From assembly GCA_963514005.1 (NCBI GenBank), contig OY740798.1:51398001-51462000 (forward strand): a DNA stretch of 64,000 bases, in the 5' to 3' direction. The position numbers were made by a program, and so were the translations under genes. The stretch comes from Raja brachyura. Lineage: Eukaryota. Position 1 is the first letter of the stretch; the number at the start of each line of letters is the position of its first letter. Shown piece by piece: positions 63,230-64,000 of this stretch. Under the pieces are notes generated by a model. It ran no database searches. It was not told the DNA's origin and saw only the letters and a program-made list of their open reading frames with translations.

Positions 63230-63680
63230 TCACTTTATCTCCCACTCCCATTCCCACACTGACCTTTCTGTCCTGGGCCTCCTCCATTGTCAGAGTGAGG
63301 CCCAGCATATATTGGAGGAACAGCTTACACCCCAGCGGTATGAACATTGACTTCTCTAACTTCAAGTGGCTCTTACATTCCCTCTCTCTCCATCCGTCTC
63401 CTTTCCCAGTTCTCCAACCAGTCTTATATCTCCATCTTTTATCTCTGTTTGTTTTCTTGTTACTTTCATTGTTCCAGCTAACAATGATCTATTCTGCATT
63501 GTCCTTGATCTACATTCCCTTTGTCCTATTTTCACACCTTACACTTCCTTATCAATGTATCACCCTCTCCCCTGACATTAGTCTGAAGAAGGGTCTTGCC
63601 CCGAAACATCACCCATTCTGTCTCTCCAGAGATGCTGCCTGTCTCGTTGCGTTATTCCTGCATTTTGTGTCTATCTTCAA
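63230..63680 (+). mobile_element. Older Penelope-like 3' fragment with degenerate hammerhead core (63583-63610)
   Basis: Remnants of [13 protein letters not shown] and GMNIDFSNF; CTGAAGAAGGGTCTTGCCCCGAAACATC. Confidence 0.65.
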
Positions 63681-64000
63681 TAACCAGGGAACAGAGGTTT
63701 AAGTGAGAGGGGTAAGATTTAATAGAAACTTGAGAAGCAACTTTTTCACACAGGATGGTGGGTGTATGGAACAAACAGCCAGAGGGGGTAGTCGAAGCAG
63801 GTACTACAAAGCAACATTTAAAAGACATTTGGACAGTTGCATGGATGGGAAAAGGTTTAGAGGAATATGGGCCAAACTCGGGCAGGTGGGACCAGTGTAG
63901 ATGGGACGTCTAGGTCGGTGTGGATGAGTCTAGACGGGCCTGTTTTTGTGCTGTCTGGCAGTATAACTATGATAGACAATGCAGGAACAGGCCCTTTGGC

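Overview
Repeat-dense vertebrate DNA. The mix of repeat families suggests a cartilaginous fish, probably a skate or ray (inference). One host gene runs on the minus strand: an NCR3LG1/B7-H6-like immunoglobulin-superfamily membrane protein. Its exons are IgV (56107-56439), IgC1 (44903-45217), TM (42480-42581), a short cytoplasmic exon (42167-42244), an unexpected post-TM Ig-C1-like domain lacking the canonical cysteines (33092-33523), and four duplicated 90-nt acidic exons (26743-26832, 26438-26527, 8448-8537, 8143-8232). All nine are phase 1-1 with GT-AG ends and splice into one open frame. The leader exon was not found and probably lies beyond 64000. The introns are packed with nested retroelements: two young CR1 LINE families, Rex1/Babar and RTE LINE pieces, Penelope-like elements with hammerhead-ribozyme cores (one with an intact RT-GIY-YIG ORF fused in frame to a Gypsy fragment), two Gypsy remnants, and four DIRS tyrosine-recombinase retrotransposons (one structurally complete, one nested inside another). 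There are also a Harbinger-type MITE, a probable Helitron-like composite, a probable solo LTR, tRNA-derived SINEs and several minisatellites. No rRNA, tRNA or CRISPR array is supported. Exon and TSD coordinates were read by hand; most repeat boundaries are approximate.
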